A stretch of 63,000 bases of DNA, filler included, from Reclinomonas americana ATCC 50394 (GCA_048213135.1; 15 parts of 15 records of this genome joined end to end with filler, not necessarily neighbours in it), one strand, 5' to 3'. Shown: positions 14,110-26,596, counted from the first letter of the whole stretch. Program-made: numbers and translations. Notes: generated by a model not told the origin, from the sequence alone.

Positions 14110-17014
14110 CTACGTCCAACCCTGTCGCTTTTTGACCAGTAGACTTTGACTTCCTAGGCTGCCAAGGGTCAAGGGTTCGAGAGTGAAGAGCACGAGGGTC
14201 GCGACGTCAACAGTTGAGGCATAGTAAGGTTGCCGTTGGAATGCAAGCGAAGAGGAGACGTAGGTTGCCGAGATCACGCGCTCTTCGACAAAGACATGGT
14301 CTTTGGACACAGCAAGATCTAACACTTTTCATTATCACTATACCCGCACGTACACCAGATAATCTGCGTCCAACAGAGTGAGTACCGCGAACGAATTGGA
14401 ATACAAAGTGAGGCGAAGGACGACGCACGAGGAACGGCAGTGGGATCGGGAATGTGCTCGCCCACGGCAGTCGCCTCCGACACGCGATGCACTCGCTCGT
14501 CGTCCATCACCAGCCACGTGCGCAGGCTCGGCGGTCTGACGTACACAAAGTTGTGACCGTCCAGCTCGAATCCCGTGTGCATAATGACGCTGCGCACAAG
14601 GAAGAAGAGGAGGTGAGGAGGAGGGCCAACTCCCGCATTAAAGGAGAATACGTAACGCTCGCAGCTCGTAGCGTGCATGCATCGGCTCGGCGCCGCCACG
14701 GCGAAAGTACAACATGGGTGGTCGAATGAAACCCTGGCCGCGCGAACAGTGTTTCTGCGTCATTGCAGATGGTGAGAGAGCGCAATGAGACACCATCATT
14801 CGCGCACGCTGTGCGAACACACCTTCCGCAGTGCGTGCTCCGTCACGTGCTCCATAAAACTGGCGCTCTCGTACCAACCAGTCACGAAACAGCACAACAC
14901 CGGCGGCATCTCCCACAGCAGCATCACGTGACTGCCACCGACCTATTCACACTTGCGCATTCAGCATCCCCAAATAGGGTAGAGTGCACCGTTGAGCGCT
15001 ACACACTCACCATGTGAGGCTCTTCCGGTGGTCGCGCATCGTCCCACATGGTATCCGTACATTCGACGCCAATCGCCGCGTTGAGATAAGGCGCTAGCGC
15101 CCGAACCAAATGTCCTTCCTCANNNNNNNNNNNNNNNNNNNNNNNNNNNNNNNNNNNNNNNNNNNNTTAATTAATTAANNNNNNNNNNNNNNNNNNNNNN
15201 NNNNNNNNNNNNNNNNNNNNNNTGCACTGGCACGTACTCGGTGTGCAGCATGGTCTGTGCGACACATTGGTGAGCACAACGTGCATGACTCACGGGTCCA
15301 GCCACACGCTCGCACCTGCAGCACACACGCGGCGTAGCAAATGGAGCCTGTGGGATTGTGCAAGCCGCGGAATGGCATTTCGTATCGCGGCACATGACGC
15401 AGTGGAAAGTCGGCCATCACCACCACCGGTCGCAACTGTCGCACCGCCGCGGATCGCTGATGTGCGCGTGACAGAGCCGCAAATGCGCCGTCACCAGCAT
15501 GCGAACTGCACGCGAAGACAGCAACAACACGAATGAGAGAACAAGCACGACCACCGTGAGTGCAAGAGCTTCCACGAACCTGCCATCGTCGGGAATTTCG
15601 ACGCGCACGAGAGCCTGCGGTACTTGCAACGTACGATTCTCGCCCTCCTCCCACGTCAGATCCTTCCACGCTACCTCTGCGCGCGCACCTCTTGCGGTGC
15701 ACACGGCGTACTTGTATCTGGATGGAAGAAGACATAAGCAGCGAGAATGAAGAAACACATCTCCACGGCCAACGCAACTGCGCAGAACCGTCGTCCACGG
15801 CAACCGTGGGTAATGAGACACAGCAGTGCCACACTCCGCCGTCGCCCAGTGGCGCCAGTTGAATGCCGGGTGGTGAACGGCTGCCCCAGCAACCTAATCC
15901 GACACAAGTGAGCTTGGTGTGCAGGAACGGACTCCGTCACAGCACATGCACACACCAAGTGGCTCCAGTGTTCCTTGCAGCACCACCACTGGCCACTCAT
16001 CGTCGCCACGAGCGTGTCGCACCACTTGTGAGCACTGCACACGAACATACGTCGCCACCTGCACGTGGACTGATTCAGCGACACCAGCGAGGGCTGGAGC
16101 GGTCGGAAAAACCACACAAGCACACACCAACGACTCATCGCCCAGTTCATCCTCCGACATCATCGACACAGTCGCCAGCACTTCATCCAGCGACACTTGC
16201 AGCTCCGACGATCGCCAAAACTGTGCACGCGGTGAGTCGCTCGGAGTAATAGGACCATTATAAACACCGCAGCGCAACATTCTCCGCGCCAGACTCCACC
16301 CAATGATCGCGAATGACAACTGGCCAAGACAATGAGTGCGCGCACCAACCAAACATAGGAGGGGGAGGAGGAAGAAGAACGCACAAGGCGACAAAACGGG
16401 CGTGGCGACCCACAGCGACTCATGTGCCAACAGTTCCCGATCGAGACCATAGGCACCCTCCCAGACGCATCCATCGCCTCCGTCATGCTCTTGTTGCGCC
16501 CCCATCACACAGTACTTGTACACCACCAGTGGTAGCGCAGCAGTGTCGGCGAACTCCTCCGCGTGATCATCCACAGTGAGCTGCACCTCGCTGTTTGTTG
16601 TCCACACAGAGCGAGTGAGTTGTCTTTCTCTTCTCTCTCTCACACACAGGCTCTCAGGCTCTCTGTTCTCTCGCTCTCTGTCCCTCATTCTCTCTCTTTA
16701 TCTCTCTCAATCTCTCTCTCCCTCTTTATCTCTCTCTCTCTGCACTCAACTCAGAGGTCCACCAGTCACCCGCACTCCAGTGCAACTGCACTGCGCTTTC
16801 GTGTGGATTCCACGAGAGAGGATGCGAGGTGTGTGTGCGAACACTGCCCAACTCGCCACACAGTCGCACCTTTGCAAGCATCATGTCAGAGAGAGAGAGT
16901 GAGAGAGAGAGAGAGAGAGAATCACAGTGTATGTGGAGAAGTACATGTGCCCACCTCTTGACCAAAGGCCACAGCGCGTTGAATGCACCAACGCACTCGG
17001 TACACTCTCGGCAT
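14110..17014 (-). CDS. Tandem CBM20 carbohydrate-binding modules fused to a USP (peptidase C19) deubiquitinase; spans the gap at 15123-15222
   Basis: CBM20-1: VRWCIQRAVAFGQEVRLCGE...SWNPHESAVQLHWSAGDWWT...YKYCV...VWEG..DREL. CBM20-2: VVLQGTLEPLGCW...GVWHCCVSLP...QYKYAV...WEEGENRTL. USP Cys box GLHNPTGSICYAACVLQ, His box GHNFVYVR..WLVMDDERV. TAG at 14110. Confidence 0.72.
15123..15222. other. Artificial contig linker N44-TTAATTAATTAA-N44 (first of 14; others at 17131, 26988, 29924, 34431, 36478, 40058, 44062, 46806, 49858, 52038, 54075, 56293, 61105)
   Basis: Identical 100-nt spacer each time, with stops in all six frames. Confidence 0.98.
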
Positions 17015-17848
17015 TGCAGCAGTCAAGTTGTCAGGCACGGACATAGGCTCAAATCCGTTCAACTTCGACAGTGGCGACGAGCACGCAAGGCATGCACAGG
17101 GCAAGCCTCGTACACCGCTGCTGCGTGATTNNNNNNNNNNNNNNNNNNNNNNNNNNNNNNNNNNNNNNNNNNNNTTAATTAATTAANNNNNNNNNNNNNN
17201 NNNNNNNNNNNNNNNNNNNNNNNNNNNNNNTAATTCGCATACTACGTACACGGGCGCAACTGCAGCATCCTCGGCGACGCAAAAGTGGCGCATCTTGCAG
17301 CACCTTGGCACTGTGCTCTCCAGCTTGCCACTCCATTGCACCTTGTCGGGCGGCGGAGGCAAGGCGCTCTTGGCCAACGCCGGCGACCATCGACACTGAT
17401 AGAACTCCACCACCGAGCTCATATCCTCGCGCGTGCCCTCCTGCACCAGCCGCTCCACCATCGATCGCACATGCCACCAGACCATCACTGGAGGCACACA
17501 TCCCGCCACGAAAACCCCACTCAAGATCCACTCTAGCGGCCACTGAGCGACACGTGAGTGAGTGAGGCACAGCAGAGTGTGTGTTGCACGCTCACTGACC
17601 TCAAACTGCCACCACATGACACTGGCCACTGCGAGTATGAACGCATACAGACGCGCAATGTGCCACGTGAGGAACATGTGACGGGTGACCAGTGCAGTGA
17701 GCTCGCGCACTCCCGACGACCACACGCGCGTGCATTCGCCATTGTCGCTCTCGTCCACTGCGCACTCTCGCACGCGAAACAATGCAGAGGAGGAGGACGA
17801 AGAGGAAGGCGAGGATAAGGTGTCGCTTAGGCGACGTCGGCTCCTCAT
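17015..17848 (-). CDS. NAT8/camello-like membrane-associated GNAT acetyltransferase (middle part lost in the gap)
   Basis: FRVREC...TRVWSSGVRE, hydrophobic hairpin, EDMSSVVEFY, HFCVAE; after the gap AAAVYE|LNGF matches GNAT motif B (A..LY...GF) via a GC-AG intron at 17106-17063. Confidence 0.6.
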
Positions 17849-17907
17849 TCTCTTTTTATGACTGACTGTCACAGAGGACACTCACTCAGTGGACTCAGTG
17901 ACAAAGA

Positions 17908-18213
17908 ATGGAGAGCGAGGAAGAGGAGAGACGCATGCGCAAACGCGAGCTGCTGGATGGCATTGCTGTGGTGCGCGCCCTTTCTCCTCTCACACACACA
18001 CTCTCTCTCTCTCTGTTCTCTCACTTGTGCATGCAGGGTCTTCATCGCACTGCGCAGCACATGAACCAATTGCATGTCAATCTGCGACAAGTGCTCACCA
18101 ATGCACAGGCGATTGAGCGGGCGGCTGAGGCGTGGCTCTCACTGGTGCGCGACATCAATGTTCATTACTTGACAAGCTCGTCGTCGTCGGTGGCGTCGAG
18201 TGCGGGCGATTGA
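17908..18213 (+). CDS. Small helical protein resembling a DASH/Dam1 complex subunit (Dad1/Dad4-like), 79 aa
   Basis: Two exons (17908-17970, 18037-18213): RKRELLDGIAVGLHRTAQHMNQLHVNLRQVLTNAQAIERAAEAWLSLVRDINVHYL; heptad pattern and terminal W as in Dad1/Dad4. Confidence 0.5.
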   Translation: MESEEEERRMRKRELLDGIAVVRALSPLTHTLSLSLFSHLCMQGLHRTAQHMNQLHVNLRQVLTNAQAIERAAEAWLSLVRDINVHYLTSSSSSVASSAGD

Positions 18214-20450
18214 TCGGCGGCCACTAGTGTGTGCACACTGAGTGCGTCGTCTTCGTCGTCGTCCTCGGTGGTGAGCAGAGAGACGGCGGTGGGGTAGTCA
18301 CCGTCGTGTTGGTGTTGGTGGTGGTGAAAGGGCAGTGACAGGGGAGTCAGCACGCCACCGTTGCTGGAGGAGGCGTCGTCGTTGTCGAAGCTGTGGTGGC
18401 CATTGCTGCATGTGACACTTCCCCGAGTGAATACATCTGTCTGTCTTGCGTGTGTGGTTGTGTGGCTGCGACGCAACATGTATTTGCGGTCGAGGGGAGC
18501 AGGTGGTGGCGTTCGTGTGCGTAGAGTGCGACGCGTGGTTGGGTGGCGGAGAGGAGGTGCGGATTGCGCCTGTTGCGTCTGCAGCAGCGATTTCGGGGAG
18601 AGGTACGACGAGGTGATGGGCGGTTGTGGGCGGCCGCGTGATGGCTGGTGGTGCGGGAGTCGCCGCTGTGGAATGTCCACGTCCAGACCGCACACCTCGA
18701 CCGGAATGTGCTCCGGCGATCGCGTCAAGTCGTCGGCGTATCCGGCCTCGTAGCCTGCCACCTCCACCATGTCGTCGTCATCGTCCGAGTCCGCGACCAT
18801 CACCGCCGTCATTGTGGCGACGTCGGTCTGACCGGTGCGACTGTTCCGTCGATTGCTCACGGCAGCAGCGGCCGCAGCGGCCGTGGTGGCGGCCACTTTG
18901 GCAATAATGTCGGGCGTCGGCGGCAAGTATCGTGATTGGCGCGACGGTGGTGTGGAGGCCGACGACGGGTGCGACTGTGGTGACTCGGATGTCGCCGACG
19001 CCGGTGGCGACGCCGATATGATGTCCGACACTTCGTGGAAGGCCACAAAGCGCGCTTGCAAACAAGGCTGCCCGGTTTCGTCCGCCATCAACTCGGCCAC
19101 GGGCGATCCTCGGACATCTGTAGCGCACGATGTGTGAGCGCCTCTCCCTCCCCATTTCATAGCACAGAGAGAAACGCACCTGTGCTGGCACCACCCTGTG
19201 CATGAGGCACGGCGACACTGTTCAGAGAGACAATTCTTGACAGAGGGCAAGTGGGGGGATGGATCGCAAACCTCTCGACTGTCTCCCTCCTCGTCGCCGT
19301 CGTCTGTCGTGTGCCACAAGGTCGCGCTCGTCAGGGGCTGCACGCGCAAAGTGTCAGAACGCCACACATTTTCCCCCCGCACTCAATGCGGGCGACTGCT
19401 GCGCCTCACCAACTGCATGGCGTCCCCCACGAGGTACACGGCGGCGGCCGGTAATCTCAACAACACTCCGGAGTTCCCGAGAATCGACACCAACTCGCGC
19501 TGGCGATCAATGGCATGCACAAAATACGGCCGGCCGTGCTGCACTCCGAAATCACCGCCACGCAAGGAGACCTGATCGCGGAGCGCAACCAGACGCACTT
19601 CGCGCAGTGTTTGCGGCAACGCGGCTGCGACAGATCGCGGTGAGGCAGGTGAAGCCAACGAAACGAGATGTGAGAAACAGTATAAAAAAACACCTTCCAC
19701 AGCCATGCTGCGACTCACACTTCGCATGGTCACCTACATGAGACGAAATGAGGTGAGCACAAGGTGGGAAAGACAAACAGCTGCACAAAAGTAACCTGCT
19801 CGGGCGGTCCATTGCACAAGCTGAAGAGATCGTGCGCCGCACCCTCCACCTTCACGTCCTCCCGCGCATTGATCAAAAGCGCCGGCGATGTCGCCGTCAG
19901 CACGTGCAGCACATCGGAAAATGGAAGGAAGAGAGGTCGGTAGCGAGTATCCTGCGGCAGGGGGTGATGAGGACGAGGGTGGAACACGAACCGGCTCTTC
20001 AAGCACGACGCAACTGGATTGCCGGTCTCTCCCGCATGATGTGGCGACAGGGCGTGCGATTGTTCCAGTACCAGCACTCTGCGCGTCACGTGAGTGAGAC
20101 CAACACGACAAGCAAGTGGCCATGGACGGAACAGGCTCACTCTTCTCGTTGCAGCATGCCAATCATGAGCATCTCGGACGACGCCTCGTGGGCGTGAGTC
20201 GGATGTGACCAGGGGATTACCTACCAAGACAACACATGTTAGCAGTGGCACCAGGCGCTTCTAGCATATGCAACCAACGCAACGAGATGCCAGTCCGAGT
20301 GCACCGCCTCATCGCGGAGCGACAAGCCACCATCGGTGACCGACACGGCAAAGGTGAGCGTCTGAGTTTCGTCCGGACACCGCGTCAGTGTGTGCACTCC
20401 AAGCAGCTCGCCTTGCAGAGCTCTGATGCAAACATCAGCACTCGCGTTTG
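18165..20450 (-). CDS. Hypothetical multi-exon protein with a disordered S/P/D-rich C-terminus (may continue the gene at 20600-23738)
   Basis: Series of open exons with GT-AG introns; TAA at 18165-18167. Confidence 0.45.
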
Positions 20451-20599
20451 AAGACACCGCCGGGAAACAGTGGACGCAACAGAGTGCCAGAAGGTTGTCT
20501 CCTTGCCCTCCACAAGCCGAGGGCGGGATACGAGAGCTGTAGACCGCGCGGTCGTGTGACGGTCACTGTCAGTCGCCGGTGGACGAGCGCGCCATAGAT

Positions 20600-23500
20600 A
20601 CCGGCCTGTCGCACACAGGAACGTTGAGTGAACCGAAAGAATCAAGAGTGAGCAAGCAAGTCACCACTCACCACAGGCCACGAGCGTGGAGTATCGCGCA
20701 TGGCGGCGGCAATGGCCGTGGCGGATGACGACATGCCGTACTCGGGCATGCAATAGATGCGACACAGCCGATCGGCCATGGTGCTTTCGGGAGCGCAGCG
20801 CATGCTCAGTGCGCGACCAAGAGGAACCGTGCTCTCGACAGGCACCGATGAGCTGCGCAGCAAACTCAGGCAAGAGGGCAGCACATGAGATGAGTCGGCG
20901 GAGCCACAGCGCAACTGTGCATCGTCCAGTTGCTGCCGCAGCGCCAGCTCCGCTCGCACGACTCCCGACGACGCCGCCATGACTGGGATGTTGACCACCA
21001 GCAAGTGGCGATGACGAACCTGACCGAATGCAGCACGCGTCAGTTCCACCCTGCGTCTCACACGAGAGAGGCGCACATGCTACACACCGTCAGGACGTGC
21101 TGTGCAGAAATGTGCTGCTCTGCGACGACGCGGCCGCTTGCATCCCGAATTCGCACCGAGTCGGCTGCATCAAACAGAGAGCGGCGGCCAGGCAGCGCCA
21201 TGAGCTGTGATGGAGGCGACGGCTGTTAAGCAGATGCATGCATTGCATAGTCATAGACTCGCTTGTTCCCACCAACACTGCTGACGACATGTGCGACGGC
21301 GCCAGTGCCTGAATGAGGAACGGAGTCCGGAACATGGACCACAACTCCAGCAGAACGGCGACCGGCAGCGGAAAACTGGCACCGAACGGCGACGCGGAGG
21401 CCATTAGGAGCACTGACAGTAACACGTGAGGGTGAGGAAATGGAGAAACGGTGTGACATGAGCGTGACACGCAACAGTCGTCCATCCAAGCGCCATTTTC
21501 GTAGAGCGGCTCGCCCTTTGGACTGTCTGGATTCAGGCACCAGCGAAGGAACGTTGCGAGGCCGTGCGCATCCTGTGTGCAACCAAATAAATGCATGAGA
21601 ACCAGTTGTGCGGAGATGTGGCACAGCGATCGTCATCGAAACTCACCGCCGTCGCATGGGCAGCACTCAATGGTCCAGAGTTCACCGAAGCGTTTGACTG
21701 CAACTCGGACATGTCACCGCCATAACCGAGTGCATCCGTGAGAATGACCAGTGCGCGACGAAGGCGATCCTGCACATCCAGCAAGCGAGAAAAATACGCG
21801 GTGCTGGCACGCTGTGCTGCGTCATTCCACCGTGGTACCACCTGCGGGAGTGTGAGCAGGGCGAGAGACAGATGAGCACAGAGAGCTGTAGAGAAGACGC
21901 CACCTCTGCCAGTGTCTCGAGAATCTTGGTCATAGTCGGCGGCTCGCCACCGAGTCGTTGCACGAGTTTGGGGAAGCAGTTCACTGCCGAGAGGAGAAAG
22001 GTGAGGCGTGCCTGACAGGGTTCTTCGTTTCTCTCGTCCTCAGCCACACAGTGGACGAACCAAACCAATTCACGGCTGGGCCAAGAAAGCGATGCAGGTT
22101 GGGCCAGTCGGGTGCACCCACCGAGGTGAACATGGTCGAAGCCAGCGACTGCAGAGAAAACAAGTGAACGAAATTGAGCATGAGGGCAATTCCTCCTCCG
22201 CCCACACAAAGTCACGCACTCTCAACGCCGGCTCGCCCATCACCAGTCCTTGTGCACTCATCAACACTCGCTTCTCGTCTGCAGTGTACAAGGGTGTGAG
22301 CGCCGGCAGCACAAACAACAGCACCCCAAGCGGCACTCTACCTTGCACGAGAGAAGCCAGCAGCGCCAGCAAGCCGTCGGCGTCGGCCAGTCGTTGTCCG
22401 ACAGCACGGTGCCTCTTCTGAATGAGCTCCTTGAACTCGACGTTGCTCACCAAATCGGTGGCGTGCATCTTCTTGAGCGACCTGCTCCACGAAACAGAGT
22501 CAGCTTTCTCTACTGTCCCACCCTGCGAAGCCCAGATGGCCGAACCGCTGCAAAAGTCGCTGCAAAAGCACACACGGATCGCTGTCGTCGCGGGGATAGC
22601 CCAAGGTCGGATATCCGCGCAACAGAGCATGTCGTGCCGGCTCGCCGTCGTACTGGCGAGCAGTGCGCATGAACGCAAAGTACGCCCTCTGTAGCTCGCT
22701 AAAGCAGACGTATTTTTGCTGCACGCGCACACATACACACCGTTGAGTTGAGATGCGCTGCGAGTGTCACACTGTGCGGCACAGCACACACCGTCGGCCC
22801 GACTTTCGAGTTCCAAAAGGCGGCCACGGCCGGATCGTCGAACAACAACGCCGTGTTGAAGTGACTCCGCAGCTTCAGCACCTCCACCATTGTCGGCACA
22901 AACACCACCGCGCCATGCAACGCGTTCACAATGCCCTCCAGCGCCACCAGCTCTGCGCGTGCACAAAGTTGAGAGACTCGGTCGCTCACTCGCCCAGGCA
23001 ACGAGTGCCGCACCTTCGTCCACCTGCAGCGACAGCCTGCGCATCGTCGGGGTGTCCTCGACAGGCGATCGTCCACACGAGAACAAGCGAAACGAGCTAC
23101 GGGTCGATTCCATCTCCACTCGCATCGCCTCGACACCAACGCCAATGTCCGTCAGCGCCGATCGCAAGTACAACATGATCTCGGCCACCGATCGCCCCAG
23201 CGTTTTCATCGGTGACTCGCTCTCTGTGTGTCGCACTGCTGTGTGAGCTCCATCGAGCGTTGAAGGAAGGTGAGAGTGAGAGTGAGAGAATACGCACCAT
23301 GAGTGTCGTCTGCATGCACGACCTCCAGCACAGTGGCCACATGCAACTGCAGACGTTCTCTGCGCGGAGTGGTCTCACTGGCGTCGAGTCGAGGAGGCTC
23401 GCGGATCACCAAGTCACTGAAGAAGTCGCTGGGCAGCGACAGCTGTTGATAATCATTGTCAGTGAGAGAGTGACACACAGAGTGCATGGTGCTGCGCGCG

Positions 23501-23738
23501 AAACGTTCATGAGTCGAAGAGCCTCCAGCAGTGAGCGCAGCAGAGCAGTTAGTCGGTTGCTCAGTGGCGTGGGCACACCGTGTTCGTCTGTGTGTGCGCG
23601 TGTGCGTGTGTGTGTGAGAGAGAGATGGAAGAGAGTGAGTGGAAAGGACTGACCATCGTCGAGTGCGCGCAAGAGCAGAGTCGCTTGCTGCCCGAGCTTA
23701 TCGCGCGCTTCTTCGGGACGGAACGAGGCAAGCGCCAT
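20600..23738 (-). CDS. Large hypothetical multi-exon, mostly helical protein
   Basis: ATG at 23738 (MALASFRPEEARDKL...) followed by many Leu-rich open exons; 3' end unresolved. Confidence 0.5.
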
Positions 23739-23830
23739 CACCTCGGCGACCTGCAGTTGGTGAGGAGTGATTCCCGCGCAAATTTCGTTACATCACTGGC
23801 ACCTCAACTTGGGTCAAGTTTCGACGTGAT

Positions 23831-24003
23831 TCGGTCGGCATTCATATCTCTCGGTTGGGGTTTACAACAAATCTCGGCTGGGGTTTACACACCTCGGTTG
23901 GGATTTCTTATATCTCGGTTGGGATTTCCATAAACCTCGGTCGGGATTCAACAACTTGGGTTGGGATTTCTTATATCTCGGCTAGGATTTCGACCGGGAT
24001 TCA
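23831..24003. repeat. Degenerate tandem array of about 9 copies of a 20-23 nt unit (TCGGTTGGGATTTC core)
   Basis: Units start at about 23831, 23851, 23874, 23894, 23915, 23937, 23957, 23978 and 23990; intergenic, just upstream of ATG 23738. Confidence 0.85.
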
Positions 24004-24022
24004 TCCACTCCCAATCAGCGCT

Positions 24023-26596
24023 TCATTCTCTTGCTGTGGGTCTCGGGCGCTTCGTGCCGGCCACTTCTGTCTTCCGCGGTCCGCGCTTACCGCCGCCACC
24101 ACCTCTGGTAGCTCTGTCGCCCATGCCGCTAGAATACGACCTGCTTCTCGATCGGTCCTTTTCGCCACCTCCACTGCGTCCAGTGCTTTCGTTGATAAAG
24201 TGCCTGCATAACGGAGAGTGAGCGTGTCGGCACGATTGCATAGTCACTGCATTCGCTGCGCTCACCGCTTCCTCTCGGCACGCTTCAGATCCCAGTCGGA
24301 GACGGCGGAGATATTGTCGCGCTTCACCGGGAACATACTGCGCTGCTTCTTGACCATGCCACTGTGACAATTGGCGAAGGAAGTGAGACGGTGCGCGGTG
24401 ATGGCTCACAGGTCGCGCCACGCGTGCGTAACTTGGGTTTCCGCAGCTGCAACATCCAGTCGGGCACCTCGCAGCCACTCGATTGCACCACATTGACAAT
24501 CGATCGCAGCACCTCCGCATCCTCGTCGGTGAAGAACGTCACAGCCTCGCCCGGGCGGCCGGCACGACCCGTTCGACCTGCGCGCATCAAACAGCAGTCA
24601 GATCACCAGTCCATCGGTACTCTCCACAATCTCCACCATCTTCCTCACCAATGCGATGAATGTAGCTGGTGGCCGACTGTGGGAAATCATAATTGATCAC
24701 CAGCTGCACTCCCTTGAAATCCAGTCCTGCACGGCGGAGTGAGACGATGACGACGCGTCACCACCTCCCACCACTGCGCACACACACCTCGCGACAAGAG
24801 ATCGGTGGCCACCAAGAACCACGTCTTCCCTCGACGGAAATTCGCCACAGCCTCGTCGCGCTCCCGTTGCGAGCGTTCCGCATGAATCACATCCGTGCTG
24901 AGACCCTCATACGCCAACTCCTGGTACAGCTGCTTCGCACGGTCCACACTTTGCACAAACACAATCACTGGCGGCCGCACTCCCTGCGCAATCAACTGTC
25001 GCATGGCCAGCAGTTTGCCATCCTCCCGTCCGACGTAGACGAGACGCTGCTTGATGGACTCATTGGCCGTGTTCCTGCACATGCACGCACGTCAGCAAGG
25101 TCACGACAGCGACAGGCACCTGCTCGTGCGTGTGTGGAGTCGTAACTTGTAGCCCACAATGACGCGCACGGGATCCACAAGGAACGAACGCGCCATCTCC
25201 TCCACACCAGTCGGCAGCGTCGCAGAAAAGAGACTGCGCTGAATGCCCGTATTCGAGCAGGCATGAATGATCTCGTCGACCTGCTCCAAAAAGCCCAACT
25301 CGAACAGCTTGTCGGACTCGTCGAGCACCACACGCTTCACACTGTGGTGCGTGACAGTGAGTAAGTGGGTGCAAAGGGCACGGCATGGTGCAGACGTGCG
25401 AAACTTTTGCAGCTTGATCACACCGAGACGCAAGAAATGCGCCAACTTGAGCGGTGTGGAGATTAGAATGTCTGCATCGCGCACACTCTTTGTGAGTGCC
25501 GTGGATGTTATTGCAGAGGGTGAAGAGATAACACACGCAAACCTTGCTTCTTCGACGACAAGGTCGCACTCGACGTGCTCTTGTGGGTCAACAGACAGAT
25601 GCGCCACTTGCGACCGCGTGCAAAGTGCACACACTCGCGGTACGTCTGCTCCGCCAGCTCACGCGACGGCGACAAGATGAGCGCGCGGAAGCCTTCCTCG
25701 GCCGGCGCCTGCAGTGCCACACATGGTGAGTGACCTTGAGATGAAAAATGATAAGAGATCGCAAGCGTGCATGCCTTCAAACTGGCCAGAATCGGCAACA
25801 AAAACGCCAACGTCTTGCCGCTTCCCGTGGGTGCGCAGGCCAGCAGCTCGCGCCCCGCAAAGATCAACGGAATCGCTTGCATCTGAATGGGTGTCGGCTC
25901 GGTGAAACCCCCCTCACGAACATTGCGCAGCAGGTAGTCCTTGAAGCCGAGTCTGTCTCTCCCAATGAGCACGCGACCAGCCAACCAGAAACGCACACCG
26001 CCCGCATGTGTACGCACTTTGCCAGCTCATCAAACGACGAAATCGACAACGGCACGTCGTCGCCTTGCACCTTGACACGAGCACGTCGTTGCAGACCTTT
26101 GACCTGCACAAACATCAATACCCTGTGCTCCTGCCGAGGTCGACGCATCACACAACGCAACGTGCTCCAGCGACAGCGCATCACTCAACCGCCTCTTCTT
26201 GCGCGCAGGCTGCTCCTCCTCCTCCTCCTCCTCCTCCTCACTGTCATCATCACTCGACTCCTCATCTTCCACCTCCTTCTCTTTCCGCTCCCGACTCGTC
26301 GGCAACGTCCCAAAAAAGTCCAACTCGCGCTCCGCCTCCGCCGACAACGCAAACGGATTCGCCTGCAGCTCTTTTCGCGTCAGTCTCGTGCGTGTGCGCT
26401 TGTGCATGTGAATGTGCACTTGCGACAAAACACACACACACACCGTGCCTCGCTTTCCTCCGCCTGCACTCGACTTTGCCGCAGTCGTCGTTGTTGTGGT
26501 AGTAGTGGTAGTGGTAGTGGTGCTGCTGCTGGCTGCGGCAGTCGCACGATGCTTGTTGAATCGCGCGCCACGTGCAAGCGTCGCGAACAAGTCCAT
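24023..26596 (-). CDS. DDX52: DEAD-box RNA helicase DDX52/ROK1
   Basis: [100 protein letters not shown]. Confidence 0.93.

Noticed and set aside
15167..15178. Recurrent TTAATTAATTAA palindrome
   Set aside because: Always centred in N-runs; an assembly linker, not biology
23831..24003. CRISPR-like array
   Set aside because: Units are degenerate, linkers are only 6-9 nt, there are no cas genes, and the context is intron-rich eukaryotic DNA
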